Positions 50,712-63,028 of a stretch of DNA of 64,000 bases are shown here, in pieces. Under the pieces are notes generated by a model that ran no database searches, was not told where the DNA came from, and saw nothing but the letters and a program-made list of their open reading frames with translations. How positions within the stretch are numbered: the stretch's first letter is position 1; every line of letters begins with the position of its first letter. A program made the translations under genes and the position numbers. This DNA is from Paraspadella gotoi (taxonomy: Eukaryota > Animalia > Chaetognatha): contig CM119267.1 of assembly GCA_051294375.1 (NCBI GenBank), positions 20,585,476 through 20,649,475 on the forward strand. Direction: 5' to 3'.

Positions 50712-53374
50712 CTATGGAATGGTGAAAGAGAGAGACTTCTTTCTTGACAACCCAGCGCCTTCCTGACTGGCCTCGGATTCTGTTGATAAAATAAGTACTG
50801 TATAAAATACTATTATCAAGATAGTCTTAAAACGGAGACCGACCTTCTCCGTTGACCGCAGGCGATAACGCTCCCTCCGAATCCCCGGCGCTCGATTTCT
50901 TTTGGTTTTTCGCCTGAGTTTATCAAAAATAACATTGAGTAGAAAAGAATTTCGGTCAGACGAAACGCAAGACGACATACCGCTTCTCTCTTGGCCGCTA
51001 TGAGACGCTTTCTAGCCTCCTCTCGCGCCTTATTTCGAGCTTCTGCCGCCGCGGAAATGGGCGTTGCCGTTATCTTCTTTGCGGGGGGTCTGGAGTCAAG
51101 ATGAAAATAAAATTACTTTCAATTTCTGGCATCTTGACTTGTACAACATTGAATATTAAAAATCTCCAACGAAAACGAGCTAAGTATGGCAATCTCCCTT
51201 CCAATGCCTACCGCCCTTTCCTTCCATTACCCCTTTTCCTTATGTCCTCACCCTTTGCGCCGAGGAGTGGCGGGAGGCGACTTTCCACTTTCAGATTGTT
51301 TCGATTTTATAGGAGTAACCCAATCGTTGGATTTTAAAGTCAGGAGATCTGACAGTAATTGTGAGGTACAGTTATTAGTTCGAACGTCACGACATTAGCC
51401 AATCAATAAAAATAGCAAACCCAATCCAAGGTGTTATTTATCATAGAAATTGGAGAATATTTAAACTATATATACATTGTTACTGGTTTTAACTACAAAG
51501 ATAACCCTTGATAACGCCATAAAATGAATTTTACCTTTAGAATACATCAAGTCCACTGTTGAAATATTAAAATTACTCTTTTATGTAATATTTGTAAAAT
51601 TAATAAGCTAAAAACATACCCCTCCTCGATTCACCTTGATAAGTTGCGTCCAATTCGTCGACTTGAATCATAATTAAATCCCAAAATCCTTGCAAATCTT
51701 CGTCGGTAGTGACGAAAGCTTCGCCATCATCCTGGTCGAGGTTTTTCCGACAAAGTCCCTGTCGAGGAGGATCTTCGTTTCTTAGAATGCGCTCCTTCAC
51801 TAACTCGAAAAATGGAAAGAAGGGATGGCTTACCTTGAACTGTTTGAACTTTTTCGAGGTCAGCAAACTGGCTTTTCCGATAAAAGCGCGCACCTTTCCG
51901 GCCGCTTCTTCGTTCAAGTCGTCACCGGCTAAATGCGCGTCCATCTCTGCGCACAAGCTCTGGAAAATAAAAAAAAATGAGGTGAAATGAACAATGGAAT
52001 GGTGAAACCTAACTGAGCGATATTTAGAAATAACGAGCTTTAAAATCCGACTATCAATTTGTAGATTCCTTTCTTGTTCTATGTTCATTGTTCTCTTCAT
52101 TATTAAGTGTTCGATTTAGCGTTAATTTCCTCATGTCACATAAAAGTTTAGTATCGCCCCTTCGTCAAGACGTATCGTCTACTTAATGCTTACCTGAATT
52201 CTATTTTCTTCGTTCAACGTTTTCTCCAAGAAATAATGACCGTCCTTTTTAATTAACGTCGAGGGTGTCGTCGTGCCATTTACACCGTTGGCGGCGATCT
52301 TCACTTTCGGCTGTTTCTGGTCCCGCAGTCGATCGTCGGGCGGATTGTGGCACATGTTGTTCAAATTGTGATCGATATTCGCCGACCCGTTGGAAACTAT
52401 CAACTCAACGGCGCCGCTGTCGGCGATCACGGCCGAGGCGTGGAACACGTTGGTCTTTTTCAAAGGCGACGAGGACGCTTCCGCCCTGTCTCGATGGGGC
52501 GCTGTCTCCGAAAGGGTAATTGGATTGTCGTTGGCCGTAGCCAGTTTGTGACTAGACGTGATTTCGGTGCTCGGCGCGCTGGGCGGCTCTGCCGACCAAG
52601 TTTCCATGGCGGCGGCGGTTTCGGCGTCCGGCGCTCCGACGTCTACGACGAGGATATTTGCCGAAGGCGCCGTGTGGATATTCGGTGGCAGTGAAGCCTG
52701 TGGAGGTGGAGGGGATGGCAGCGTGGTGGGTGGAGATTGGGCTGGTTCGGGTGGTGGCGGTGGCGAAGTTGGAGGAGACTGCTCGGGTAGTGGGGGTGGC
52801 AGTGAAGTGGGAGGCGACTGCTTCGGTGGAGACGCCGCCGAAGGTTGTGCCGTTTGTGGTGAAGCCGGAGGCGAAGATGCGGAATCGATGGGCGGAAACT
52901 CCGCCGTCAACTGCGCCGGGGGATAGCTCGACTGAGGAGCGTCCTGCGGCGGCAGCGGCGGCGAGGGTGCGGTGGGTGCTGCGACTGGCCCTTCGAAGCT
53001 GGCGACGTCGATGTGCGATTCGGCGAATCCGTTTTTGAGGAAGGCGTCTCCGCCGTCTCCCGATTGACTCGGTACCGATTTTTCGCTCTCGCTTTCTGGA
53101 CTGTCCAGAATGTCGTCGCTGGTTAAGGCCTGCGTGTCGAGAGAGAAAAAAATTAGATTAACTTCTCGTAACATTTGATATTACTCAATAAAACGACATT
53201 CTTTTCGAAATTTATTAACGATTATTATAGGGGGATAGAAAATACATAGTAAATAAAAAAAAAACGAGCTCGAGAACTCGGGCTTCACTCGAGACAAAGA
53301 CAATAATTCGACGAAAACACAAATTCGTGTCGCTAGACAAATATTAAAAATCCGTTAATTAGGTTTAATGCGAC

Positions 53375-53418
<44 letters not shown>

Positions 53419-54613
53419 CATGCCGTTGTTTACCAATGAACCGCAGACCTCGCCCTTTGGTAATAGAGCGAAGGTCCCTCAGATTCGGAAGGATTACGAC
53501 AAAGCGGACCTCGAAATCACCCTTAAGTCATAAGATTATTTATTTCGTTTTGGCCCTGTCGTAGTGGGTGGGCTTTCTTGATTCGAGTCTTGAATAAGGA
53601 CGAAGAAAGTTCAGAAAAACAACTTTGAGGAAACAAACGACACGAGGATATACTTAAAAGATTCAATAGGCGGCAAAATTTTACTTTCGTCAACCGGGGT
53701 TTTGGCGTCTTTTGAAAAACTACTTAAAAATAATTACAAAAAAATTATAAAAAACCCTCTTAACCCTACCTACCCCTAAGCCCCAGCCTTAACCTTTAAC
53801 CCCCTCTCACCCCGGTCAGCGAAAGTCAAATTAACCCCGATAGGCTACCAAAAAAATATGCAGGAAGAAATTAAAAGAAAATCTCGTACACAAGTAACAT
53901 TCAATGATAAACCTTCTTCGGTGGCGGCATGGGGCTGAGGATTTCCGGTTCTGCCAGCGGCGCCAACTTAGGGGGCGCCTTAGTTATGGGAGCCTCTTCC
54001 TGCAAGGTCGCCGTTCCATTGGCGTCTGAAACGAGGTGGAGCGAGTTGTCAAAAAAATTCGAGCACATATTCAACGAGTTAGTGATTGACTTACCACCGT
54101 TGTACGCAATAATCTCAGGCGACGGTGTCGGCGCAATAATTCTGCGGGGAAATAAAATGTTTTTCAATTGCGCGTTTAACCGGATCTTCTTTTATTTCTC
54201 GGATCGAAAAGGCGAATTATTTTTAATCGAAATTAGAGCAAAACGTTCGGAGGCCGAGAGATTCAGTCTTTTGTTGTCAATTTTAATCAAAGAGATTTTT
54301 GATCGATTTTAAAAGGAAAAAAAATAAACTAGAAAAATATTGTCCGATTCAAACCAGGATTGAGCTCGGAGAGACAGAGAAAGCGAGGGTGAATAAGCGA
54401 ACAATTTAAAGGAGAAGGTTAACCGGTTTTAATTTTTTGGGGGTCGAGATAAAAAAAAGCAATACACTGATAGAGAGCTATTTATGTCTCTTCTTCCCTT
54501 TTACTCCTCCTCCTCCTGGCTCACCTGATCTCGTTGTAAGACTTCAGAGCTACGGGTGGGGCCGATGATTCGGCCTCCTTGTCCCGACGAAACCCGGAAC
54601 AGGTGTTGCCCAT
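50712..54613 (-). CDS. GKAP/DLGAP (SAPAP/vulcan)-family protein
   Basis: GKAP domain DGHYFLEK...AGKVRAFIGKASLLTSKKFKQFKGLC...DLQGFWDLIMIQVDEL...LKSNDW; AREEARKRLIAAKR; Pro-rich exon. The first coding exon MGNTCSGF... (54613-54525) joins the next exon in phase 2. Confidence 0.85.
53375..53418. repeat. (GA)n microsatellite, intronic
   Basis: Direct reading. Confidence 0.95.
53675..53838. repeat. Short inverted-repeat element with AACCCT-like core (Helentron/DINE-like), intronic
   Basis: TTTTACTTTCGTCAACCGGGG (53679-53699) is an imperfect inverted repeat of CCCCGGTCAGCGAAAGTCAAA (53810-53830). The core consists of TAACCC-like units. Confidence 0.65.
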
Positions 54614-57302
54614 TTTTAACGACGGAAACGATTAGCCGGAGAAAATTTGATTTCTCCTTTGTTGTTTTCGCCTTCACCAGCAGAGCAAATTTCCCAGAAG
54701 GTCGACTTATTCCGATCTTATCTCTGCACGCGAAGCTGCATCTTTCTCGAGGCAAGTGAAGTCATCCAAGATTGGTTTTAGGTAAGTTCGAAGATCGATG
54801 CTCGCTGCAGCAGGAGGCCCAAAGGATCGAGAAAAAATTTGGCGAATGTTGTTCAAAAGGCTGAATTTCGAAGGCTCTTCCCTTTTTCCCCCCACCTTTT
54901 TTCTAATTCTTTTGTTAAATAAATCACGATGAGATCGTTCCTGGCTTCGAGTCTGGTTTATCTCCAGGGAATTTTCGTACCTTGCTTCAAAACAATTCTC
55001 TTGTTTTTACCTCGTTAGTCGTTGTTGAGAGAGAGAAAGATGGGCGGGGCCCTCGGTTTTTGGGGCGTTGAACGGAGCTCGGTCGTCAAAGTCGTCGATC
55101 GTCGTGGCGACGGCGTCACGGACGCATCGCCGTCGTCCCCGCCGTGAAAACGCGCTCTCTCTCTCTCTCAAAATCTGGTTTCCTCTCTCACTCTCCCTTG
55201 CGACGAACGAGGGAGAGAGAGAGAGAGATCCGAAGTATTTAAAAGCTTATGATAAACCGCTTTATCACAAACCCTGCAGAAATAAAGAACAACAATCGAA
55301 TAAAAAAAAATTGAGACGCGGGGGAAAGAAAAACAAACCCAATAAGATTTTTCGGCGATGACGTGGACCGGCAGAGAATACGAAAATAATAAGGTTAAAG
55401 CGAATTGGCTCGCACAAACGTCTCTCCCCGCAAATCTACCGCTCATTTTCGCTTCATTTCCGTCCGCTGTTTGCATTCTTTCCCACGCCGTTAAATATCC
55501 CAACTTTCGATCAGAACAAAACAAAAGAAATTTCGGTGAGAATAATGAAAAGGAATTCTTAATGTTTATCGGTCCTTTAATTTTTTTTATATTTTAACCC
55601 TCTTGCAAAAAATTATTTGCACTTTTTTCTTTTGATTTTACGTCGCATGCTGGGTCGAGAAAGTAAAATTCAACGTTTTTATTCAAAAAGCCCCCCGCTG
55701 GTTTTAGTACTTCGCAAATCTTTTTACATGGATGGACATTGGACATTATTTTCCCCTCGCTCGCTCGATCGAGTATCCAAAAGGGTTTGTTTACTTTCGG
55801 ACTGAACGGCCTTTCGACCGGGCGACTACTACTAGGGGAGGATCCGAGAGAACGACCACAACCGCGTGTCTCCCCCCCCAACCTCCACCCCAGGACGAGT
55901 ACATTCCAGGGCTGGGACTGGCAGGGAAATTCAAAACGGGGAAATGATCGATTTTCGGGTTGTCGGCCAACGGGAAAAGGGTGGATGACGCCGATAAGCA
56001 GAAACACAGAGAAAGAAAGGGCGAAAGAGAACGAGGAGAATCGCAGGTGAGGTGTAGAGCTTTGGCGAATTCAAAAACGTCTATTCTGGCTCCGACTTTT
56101 ATAACGCCTCAGGTTGCCAAAATAGAGAAGCAGCAGGATGAACGAGCTGGGCGTTCCAACAATGCTTCGGAGCATTTATTATTTCCGCGACACTGTAAAG
56201 AGAAAAAGAGTCTATAGAAATCGAAAAAAAGAAAGTTAAAAGACAGCAATCTCGAAGATTTAAGTAATCGATCGCGAAATAAAAGTGGAAAATACAGAGT
56301 TGAGAGCGACAGGCCACGATAACTATCGCGCCGATCTCGATGAAATGTCTCTATTTTAAAGCAGAGCGACCCAATCATCCTTGGGAGCTCGGGCCCGCCG
56401 AGATTCGCTATCGTGACCAAAAATGAGTTATGGTCTGCTCTTGAAAAAGCTTGTGATAGGTTAAATGACAAAAAGTGCGAGCCTAAACCGTTGTTTACGT
56501 ATTACTTTTCGCAAAAGCGAACAAACTTTTAATTAACTTTCTATCACTGACCGCTAAAATAATAATGCGCGTAATCAAAGTCTAAACAAAATTTTTAAAT
56601 ACTGAAAAAGTAATGAAAGAGTATCAAAACATATAGTTCATAATAATGCATATTGCATAGGCTCTCATTATTGCTTAAGTTTCCGTATGTACCGTCAAGA
56701 AAAATATATAAATGTAAAAGCTTTTACATTAAAAAAAATAATCGAAATTCTTAACAGTTTATAGAAGTTACTAAGTTGGCGTGAAATGCTGAAGAGAAAA
56801 AAAATAATATAGATCAGATTTCGTTATTGCAGCAATAATGTATATTGTATATACATACATATGATGAAGGCTGAACGATGGTGGGTAGGTGCGATTAAAA
56901 AAAGTTCACTATTCGAGCAAAAGGGGAAGCGGGGAAGAGGCATGAGGGGAAAAAACTGGTCATCGACGAGTGACGTCGGAATAAAATAATAACGCTTCGA
57001 AAAAAAAACTATTCAAAATATATTATCATCGAGTGAAAAAAAAACCACAGCAACCATAACGCAGCAATGGTGTGTGTAAGGCTCTTTTATTTTCTCAATT
57101 ACCATCGTCCCATCGAAAAAATCTATATGTCGAGGAAGAACTCGGAGGGGGGGGGGAAGCCGAGCGAAGGCAGTCGCCACAAATGAATTCCCCTCCCCTC
57201 TTCCTCTCTCTCGCGGGAGCGACGAGTAACAGAACCAAAAAGGGGTAAAGGGGGAGGGGTGGGGGTGGAGGAGGGACGAGAGTGCGGCACAGGTGGTTAC
57301 GA

Positions 57303-60300
57303 TTAGAAATTAATGGCGGATTCGTTGGATTCCGTAAGGTTGGAGTGAGCGGCGACCGACGCCAGCGCGTGTTCGGAAGAACGACTGTCTGGAGTGCTAG
57401 AGGGCGCGACGATGGGCGGAGACGAAAATCTCATGTGCATGTCCGAGTAAGTGGAGACTGAGGAAGATGGGGAGGTTACGCTCGCGACACCGTGGGGCGA
57501 GACGGAAGCGGGAGACGAAAACTATAAAAAAAAGGGATATTTTTTTTCTTCTTTTGGGGGCATAAAAGCGAACCCATTCTTGAATCTTCACACAGCAATC
57601 AATGTGCAACGATAAAAACGATTTTGATTTAGCTTTCGAAGAGAAACAAACAAAAACGAAAACCGTCGGCTGAATGTTAATTACTACTACTGTTTTTGTT
57701 TGTGTTATTAATAAAAAAAATTGTTAAGAAAAGTTGCCTCTTTTAACTCCACCCAACCAATCGAAGGGGGGGGGACCTACGCACGTTGAGCGCGGACGTG
57801 TTTGTCGGCGACTGCGTCGGCGTCCGACGATCCGATGAGTCCGTATGAAAATGCCTCAAGTCCGTATGAGCGCCGGTGGGAGACATTAGGTGCTGCTCAA
57901 CGTTGAGCGTCGTGTGTTGTTGTTGATGTTGTTGTTGTTGTGAATGGTGAGCGTAAAAGGAATCATGTTTGACGGAAGGGCTGGGCATTTTGGACGGGGA
58001 GGGAGTCTTCGCAGGACTTTCTGAACGGTCGTGGCCGGTTAAATCTGAAATTGTAAAATGGGGGACAAGGATTCGAAATCGTCAAAAACTACGTACAAGT
58101 GCATTGCTCACTGGACTAACAAATTTACTTTTCAAACATTTTCCCTTTATATTTCTAAACTGATTTGTTAAGTTATTGTTATTGTATCAATAATTGCTGG
58201 GATCATTTCTCACTCGAAGTATATTCGGCCATTTCCCGTTCGTATCTCTCCTTGTCCGCCACGGCCAGGACTTCGTAAGGTTGCTTTTCCTCCGGGGTCA
58301 GAACCGACCATTGAGCGCCCAGAATCTGGAAAGTAAATGGCAGAAGTAGTGAGGTGGAGACGAAAAAAGGAAGATGATAAAGTGGCTCACCTTGGCAATG
58401 TCTCCGACCGAACGAGTAGGATCCTTCTCCTTAATTTTGTTCCTGTTCTCGGCGCAGAAAAAGAAGAAAGGCGTCAGACTTCGCTTGGGTTGATTCGGAT
58501 CTTTTTTTATCTTTTTCCTTTTCGGGGTGACGCCGTCGGGCTATTGTTTAGAAAATGAGGGTGGTGTGAGGAAGGGAAGATTAAAATAACACAGGCTATT
58601 ATAAAATTCGATTGTGCTTACGCGTAAAGAAAGGGCAAAAAAGGACTATAAAACTATTTCGTCGCAACAGATTCAATAAACCGTAACAAAACAAAAAAAC
58701 AAAACGGCTCAAAATCTCGACGAACCGTGGAAGGCGGCTTCATCTGGAGGTCGTAACGCGTTTTGTCTTGTTCCGCCATCTCCTCGAATCTCTTTCGTTC
58801 CCCCAGCGTCATCGTTTTCCACCGGGCAGAGCATTTCCTAGACAAAGGGGAGTGGGCTTTCATCTCGTTAACTGCGACGTCAAGCGCAATTCTGGACAAC
58901 TGTCGAAAATGGTTACTCGGTAAAATCACCGAGGTGCTTCTCTTCCCCCCCATTCCCATTTAGGGAAACCACCGACTGTTGTTCTTGCACAAACAAAAAC
59001 CACCCAAAAACTCTCGCTGTTCTGACGACGCAGCAACTTTCAGATAAGAGAGACGCTCCCTTCTTCTGACCTTGAGAACTCGGAGAATTCGACCTTCTGG
59101 TCGGGATGTTTTCTTCGGTGGACGTCGTGACATATCTGAGGGGGAGAAAATTCGGGGTTATAATTCCTATTTTTTGCTTAGTTAATGATTGTATTATTGT
59201 ATTATTTGAGGAGGGTAATTTTTTTTTGGCATTCAAAAAACCACGTGACGTAGACCCAGACAAATGGAGACGCAGTAAAGGGAAGTAAATGTGCAACGAG
59301 GAAGAACCAAGACCTGCACGAAAAATGCGTAGGAGGTGCGCGGTTGCGGAATTTGAGCTTGTCTCATCGCGTTGTCGGCATCGCTTTTTCTAGAGTATTT
59401 CTTCGTTTTCTTTCTCTTCGTTCCTGACTCTGAGGAGAAAAAAGGTGTTATTTTAATGAACATGCGGTGAAGAGGTTGAAAAGAGCTTGTAAAAACCGAA
59501 AAAGAGACCCGCCTAACTCACCATCGTCGGAACTTTGTATGTGGGTAAGGACGATGTGACGTTTCAACTCCTCTTGGCTGACGGCTTGATAAGGACACTC
59601 TGTGGAGAAGTGATTAATATCATGCTTATTTAAAATGTTTTACCATCTTATGAAATGAAATTGGTAAAACAATATAAAAATTATCCATTCAATTATTAAA
59701 TAAGCTATCTTGCACCTGACTTTGGACAGGCTTTGGTGGTTTAAGGCCTCCATCACTCTTACAAGATAATGACATAGCAGGTCCCTGCAAGCTTTCAATC
59801 AAGACTCTCTCACAGTCTCGTTTATTCACTCCAAGAGTACCTGGCTTCCCTATCAATGAGGTGGTATAATGTTTCAAAGAATGTTTCAATAGTAAGAAAA
59901 GAATTTTTGAATTTTTTTAGTTATTTATATGCGTGAGTCATTGGCGAAATCAAATCAGCTGTGGCTGAGTTAGGTTCAGACTGACAGTCTGTAAGAGCAT
60001 AAAAATCTTAAAAGCATAAGGATCATAGCAATCGCATAAAAAAATCATGACAAACTTTGAAACTCAAACCAAAAATCATATTTGATACAGGAAAACTAAG
60101 TTTAATATATAATTAATTGGTTTAATATATATATTTGAATATTGCTTTTTGCCCCTTTTTATTTCCAATATTATTTTTTCCTATTATTTTTATTTATCTT
60201 TTTAAATTTTATTTTATTTTTTATTCCCTTTTTCCAAATACGTTTATTCATTTTATTTTTATATTAATTTTATCTTAATTTTTTCTCATACTAATTTTTT

Positions 60301-61036
60301 AACCTGATTTAAGCGTTAATTTTTCTCGCACTACCCTATATAAATTGTAAACAAATCACATCATCAGTTTTCAAGGACCTTGATGATGAGAATATATATT
60401 TTAATTATCAGCTTCATACAATTACAAATAATATACAAAAAGGCGATCTATAATTTGTAACGCCGAAAAGGATGACGACGACGCCATTTATTGGGACCAT
60501 CATTTCATAATTAGCGCAAGCGATTGCGACGATAAAATCCTCCCTTAACCGCATTTTCCATGTAATCCCTTGGCCGATAGGACTGAACCGATACCTGTGC
60601 AGGAGGTGAGAGGGCGAGCAACTGGGCTGGATCCGGACGGATGCTCTGAGGATAGATTCGAGTAGGCAAACATCTGCTGGCCATCGACCCGGGAGTTGAT
60701 TTGGTAGAATTGTTGATGCTGCTGTTGTTGTTGATGATGCTGTTGGGGCAGTTGATGAGGTTGAACGTAAGAGGCACAGTTTTCTTGTTTAGACACGACG
60801 TGATTGTAAACGAGAGGATTGGATCCGTTTTCGTTTTTAACGATCTCGGCCGTAGAAACGTTTACGGAATTTTCCGTGTCTATGTAGTTGTTGTTGTGAC
60901 CGGACCCGGATTCGGTTTTGGGAACCTGAAAACCATGCTGTTGCTGGAGCTCTTGCATGCGTTGCAATTGCTGCAGCATTTCTTCCTCATTCTTTATGAA
61001 AGCCACTTCTTCCTTTGGCTGATGTTCTTCCATCAT
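57303..61036 (-). CDS. Tandem HMG-box protein (HMGB/DSP1-like) with a Q-rich N-terminus and a C2H2-like finger
   Basis: Box A: [64 protein letters not shown]. Box B: [30 protein letters not shown]...[24 protein letters not shown]...[12 protein letters not shown]. Confidence 0.9.
59654..59902 (-). mobile_element. Family A element, copy 3 (sense in intron 1 of the HMG gene)
   Basis: Similar to copies 1 and 2. Ends on the minus strand in a TTTCA-repeat tail. Confidence 0.9.
59706..59768 (-). ncRNA. P5-type twister ribozyme (family A copy 3)
   Basis: Core identical to copy 1; the linker before P5' is U. Predicted cleavage between 59743 and 59742. Confidence 0.78.
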
Positions 61037-62156
61037 GAGTGTTATAAATAGTTTTAACGAGAACCTAGTTTTTGATACAAGAAAGATGTACACACGTTAA
61101 AAATATAAAAAAATATGGCATCAATAAATATAAGAATTACATAAATCATACTCGATTTCTTTTCCCGCGTAGTTTTATTTTTAACTAAAATGACTAACTT
61201 TCGTATGGATTGGCAAAAGTACATACAATTAACTGCGAAACAAGTGCATTGTGAATTAAAAAGCACTGTTAATTGATAAAATTTACAAAAAATGTAGCCA
61301 ATCTCTTATAAATGGGCCGCAGGAAAAGCGCAAGAAACACTTTTTATATTCACTGAATATTTCCTGAAAACGGTTAAAAGTGCAAGAGGAATTGGACACG
61401 TAGTAGAAAAATTTGTTCGTCCATTACGCACTTAACAACCGAATTGTGGACGAAATAATCTACGAATGTATACAGAAGGCTTCATATTATAAAATGTGGT
61501 ACCCCTTTTTTGTGACCAGAATCTGTTCCTACCAAACTACCTGATCGAATTTCATGAAATTTTACATTTAGTCTTAATGACGATATAAATGGAACTATCG
61601 AGGCGAATTTTAATATTCAACAAGAGATACAGGGACCTGGGGGGTGGACCCCTGGGGGGCCAAAAAAACCTAAATATTTTGTTTCATTTTTTAAAATTTT
61701 TTTAGTGGCATCAGGTGCATTTACGTTTTAAACATATAAAAAAACATTTTAAAACTAAAATTGAAAAATTTTCAATAATTAAGAATGCATGGTTCATCAT
61801 TTTACTTCTAATTTTCCTAAATTATTCCAAAACTGACTTGAACTGCTGATGTTCATGAAGCTGAAAATTAAGGTAAACTAATATTTCTGTGGTAATTAAT
61901 ACGTTTTTGTGGAAAAGTAAACGTCTATGCAACTGTTCAAAACAAAAATAATGAAAAAATTTCAAAAAAAATTTTGACCATTTATTGCCCCTAAGGGTGA
62001 CCCCTCCGGGGCCCCATATCTCGGCTCAGGTGTCAAATATTGAAATTCGCCTCGATAGTTCTATTTATATTCACATAGGGATCGTTCATACTAAATTTCA
62101 ATAAATTAGGTCCAGCAGTTTCCTCGGAACGTGTTCTGGTCAAAAAAAAGGGGTAC

Positions 62157-62411
62157 TATGGCAACAGCCGGGTTGCCTGTGATGCCCATTGGGATGGGGC
62201 ATCTCACTGTTGGCTTTGGGGGCTTCCGACCCTCAGTGATGCCTCCAGTCACTGGCGCGGTTACCCTAGGACGGTCTCGCTTTGCCAACGCAGAGGGAAG
62301 TCGTTAGGACTGTGGATGGAACACTACGCCTGGGATGGTGTGTTCCCCCTCTGAGCCAATGGATTTGGCTGACAGATGGTGGACGTGAGGCGGTGTGAAT
62401 ATACCGCCACA
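62157..62411 (-). mobile_element. Family B short element, longest copy, with GTAC duplication
   Basis: Inserted in the MITE right arm with GTAC on both sides (62153-62156 and 62412-62415). 5' hairpin GGCGGT-ATATTCAC-ACCGCC. Two 3' hairpins, GATGCCC/GGGCATC and GGCAAC/GTTGCC. Confidence 0.9.
62209..62289 (-). ncRNA. P5-type twister ribozyme with intact catalytic core (family B)
   Basis: GUUGGC AAA GCGA GACCG UCCUAGGG UAA CCGC GC C AGUGA CUGGAGGCA UCACU G AGGG UCGGAAGC CCCC AAA GCCAAC. P5 6 bp, P3 5 bp, T1 CCG/CGG, T2 GC/GC. Predicted cleavage between 62263 and 62262. Confidence 0.88.
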
Positions 62412-63028
62412 GTACCACATTTTATAATATGAAGCCTTCTGTACGTATTAGTAATTTGATCATTTTAATACTTTTTGACGTGGATCTAACAATAAGCCGA
62501 AACGGGATGAATGGAATGATTGATAAACTCTAAAAGCCCGACAAGCGTCGGGAAAAATATTAGAACAACTAAAGGTCTATTAATCTCTTAACTAAAGGTT
62601 TAAACAAAAAAAAATTTCATGGCCTATTTCATGAAAGCTAAAGCTAATAAATATGTGCTCAGCACTTACATTTTTTGATTTGTTTTAGCAATAAATTTTC
62701 AGTACCGCACCAATAGAAATTTTTTTTTAAGGTCCCGTCTATTCTACACAAAACTAGAAGATTCAGACTGAAGTACGGACACATGTCCGCGTAATTAGTA
62801 AAAAAACCTAGATAACCAAAAATAAACACAATCGGAAAAAACAAAAAAAAATTGACAAGGGAAGAATGGCGCGATTTCTGCCTCCGGAATGTGAGTAGGA
62901 TACGAGCCTCAGAACCGCGGACACGACGGGTACGAATTTCTAACCAAGAGCCATCGCCTTCTTATCTGAGCAGCGCCCTCCTCCACCAAGCCCCCTCCGA
63001 GACGTTGGAGGGGAGAGAAAGAAGAGAG

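Larger units (their letters stand above)
61473..62441. mobile_element. Tc1/mariner-type MITE with TA TSD, interrupted by a family B element
   Basis: Perfect 30-bp TIR CAGAAGGCTTCATATTATAAAATGTGGTAC flanked by TA. An imperfect inverted repeat continues for about 160 bp (61503-61665 vs 61981-62152). Confidence 0.92.

Noticed and set aside
55000-57300. Short ORFs between the DLGAP-like and HMG genes
   Set aside because: No recognisable motifs or consistent exon chain; probably UTR or regulatory sequence.
59689-59889. 66-aa ORF MKHSLKHY... repeated in family A copies, with a DGGL motif reminiscent of LINE RT
   Set aside because: It is not kept intact in all copies, and the motif overlaps the twister core, which explains the sequence better.
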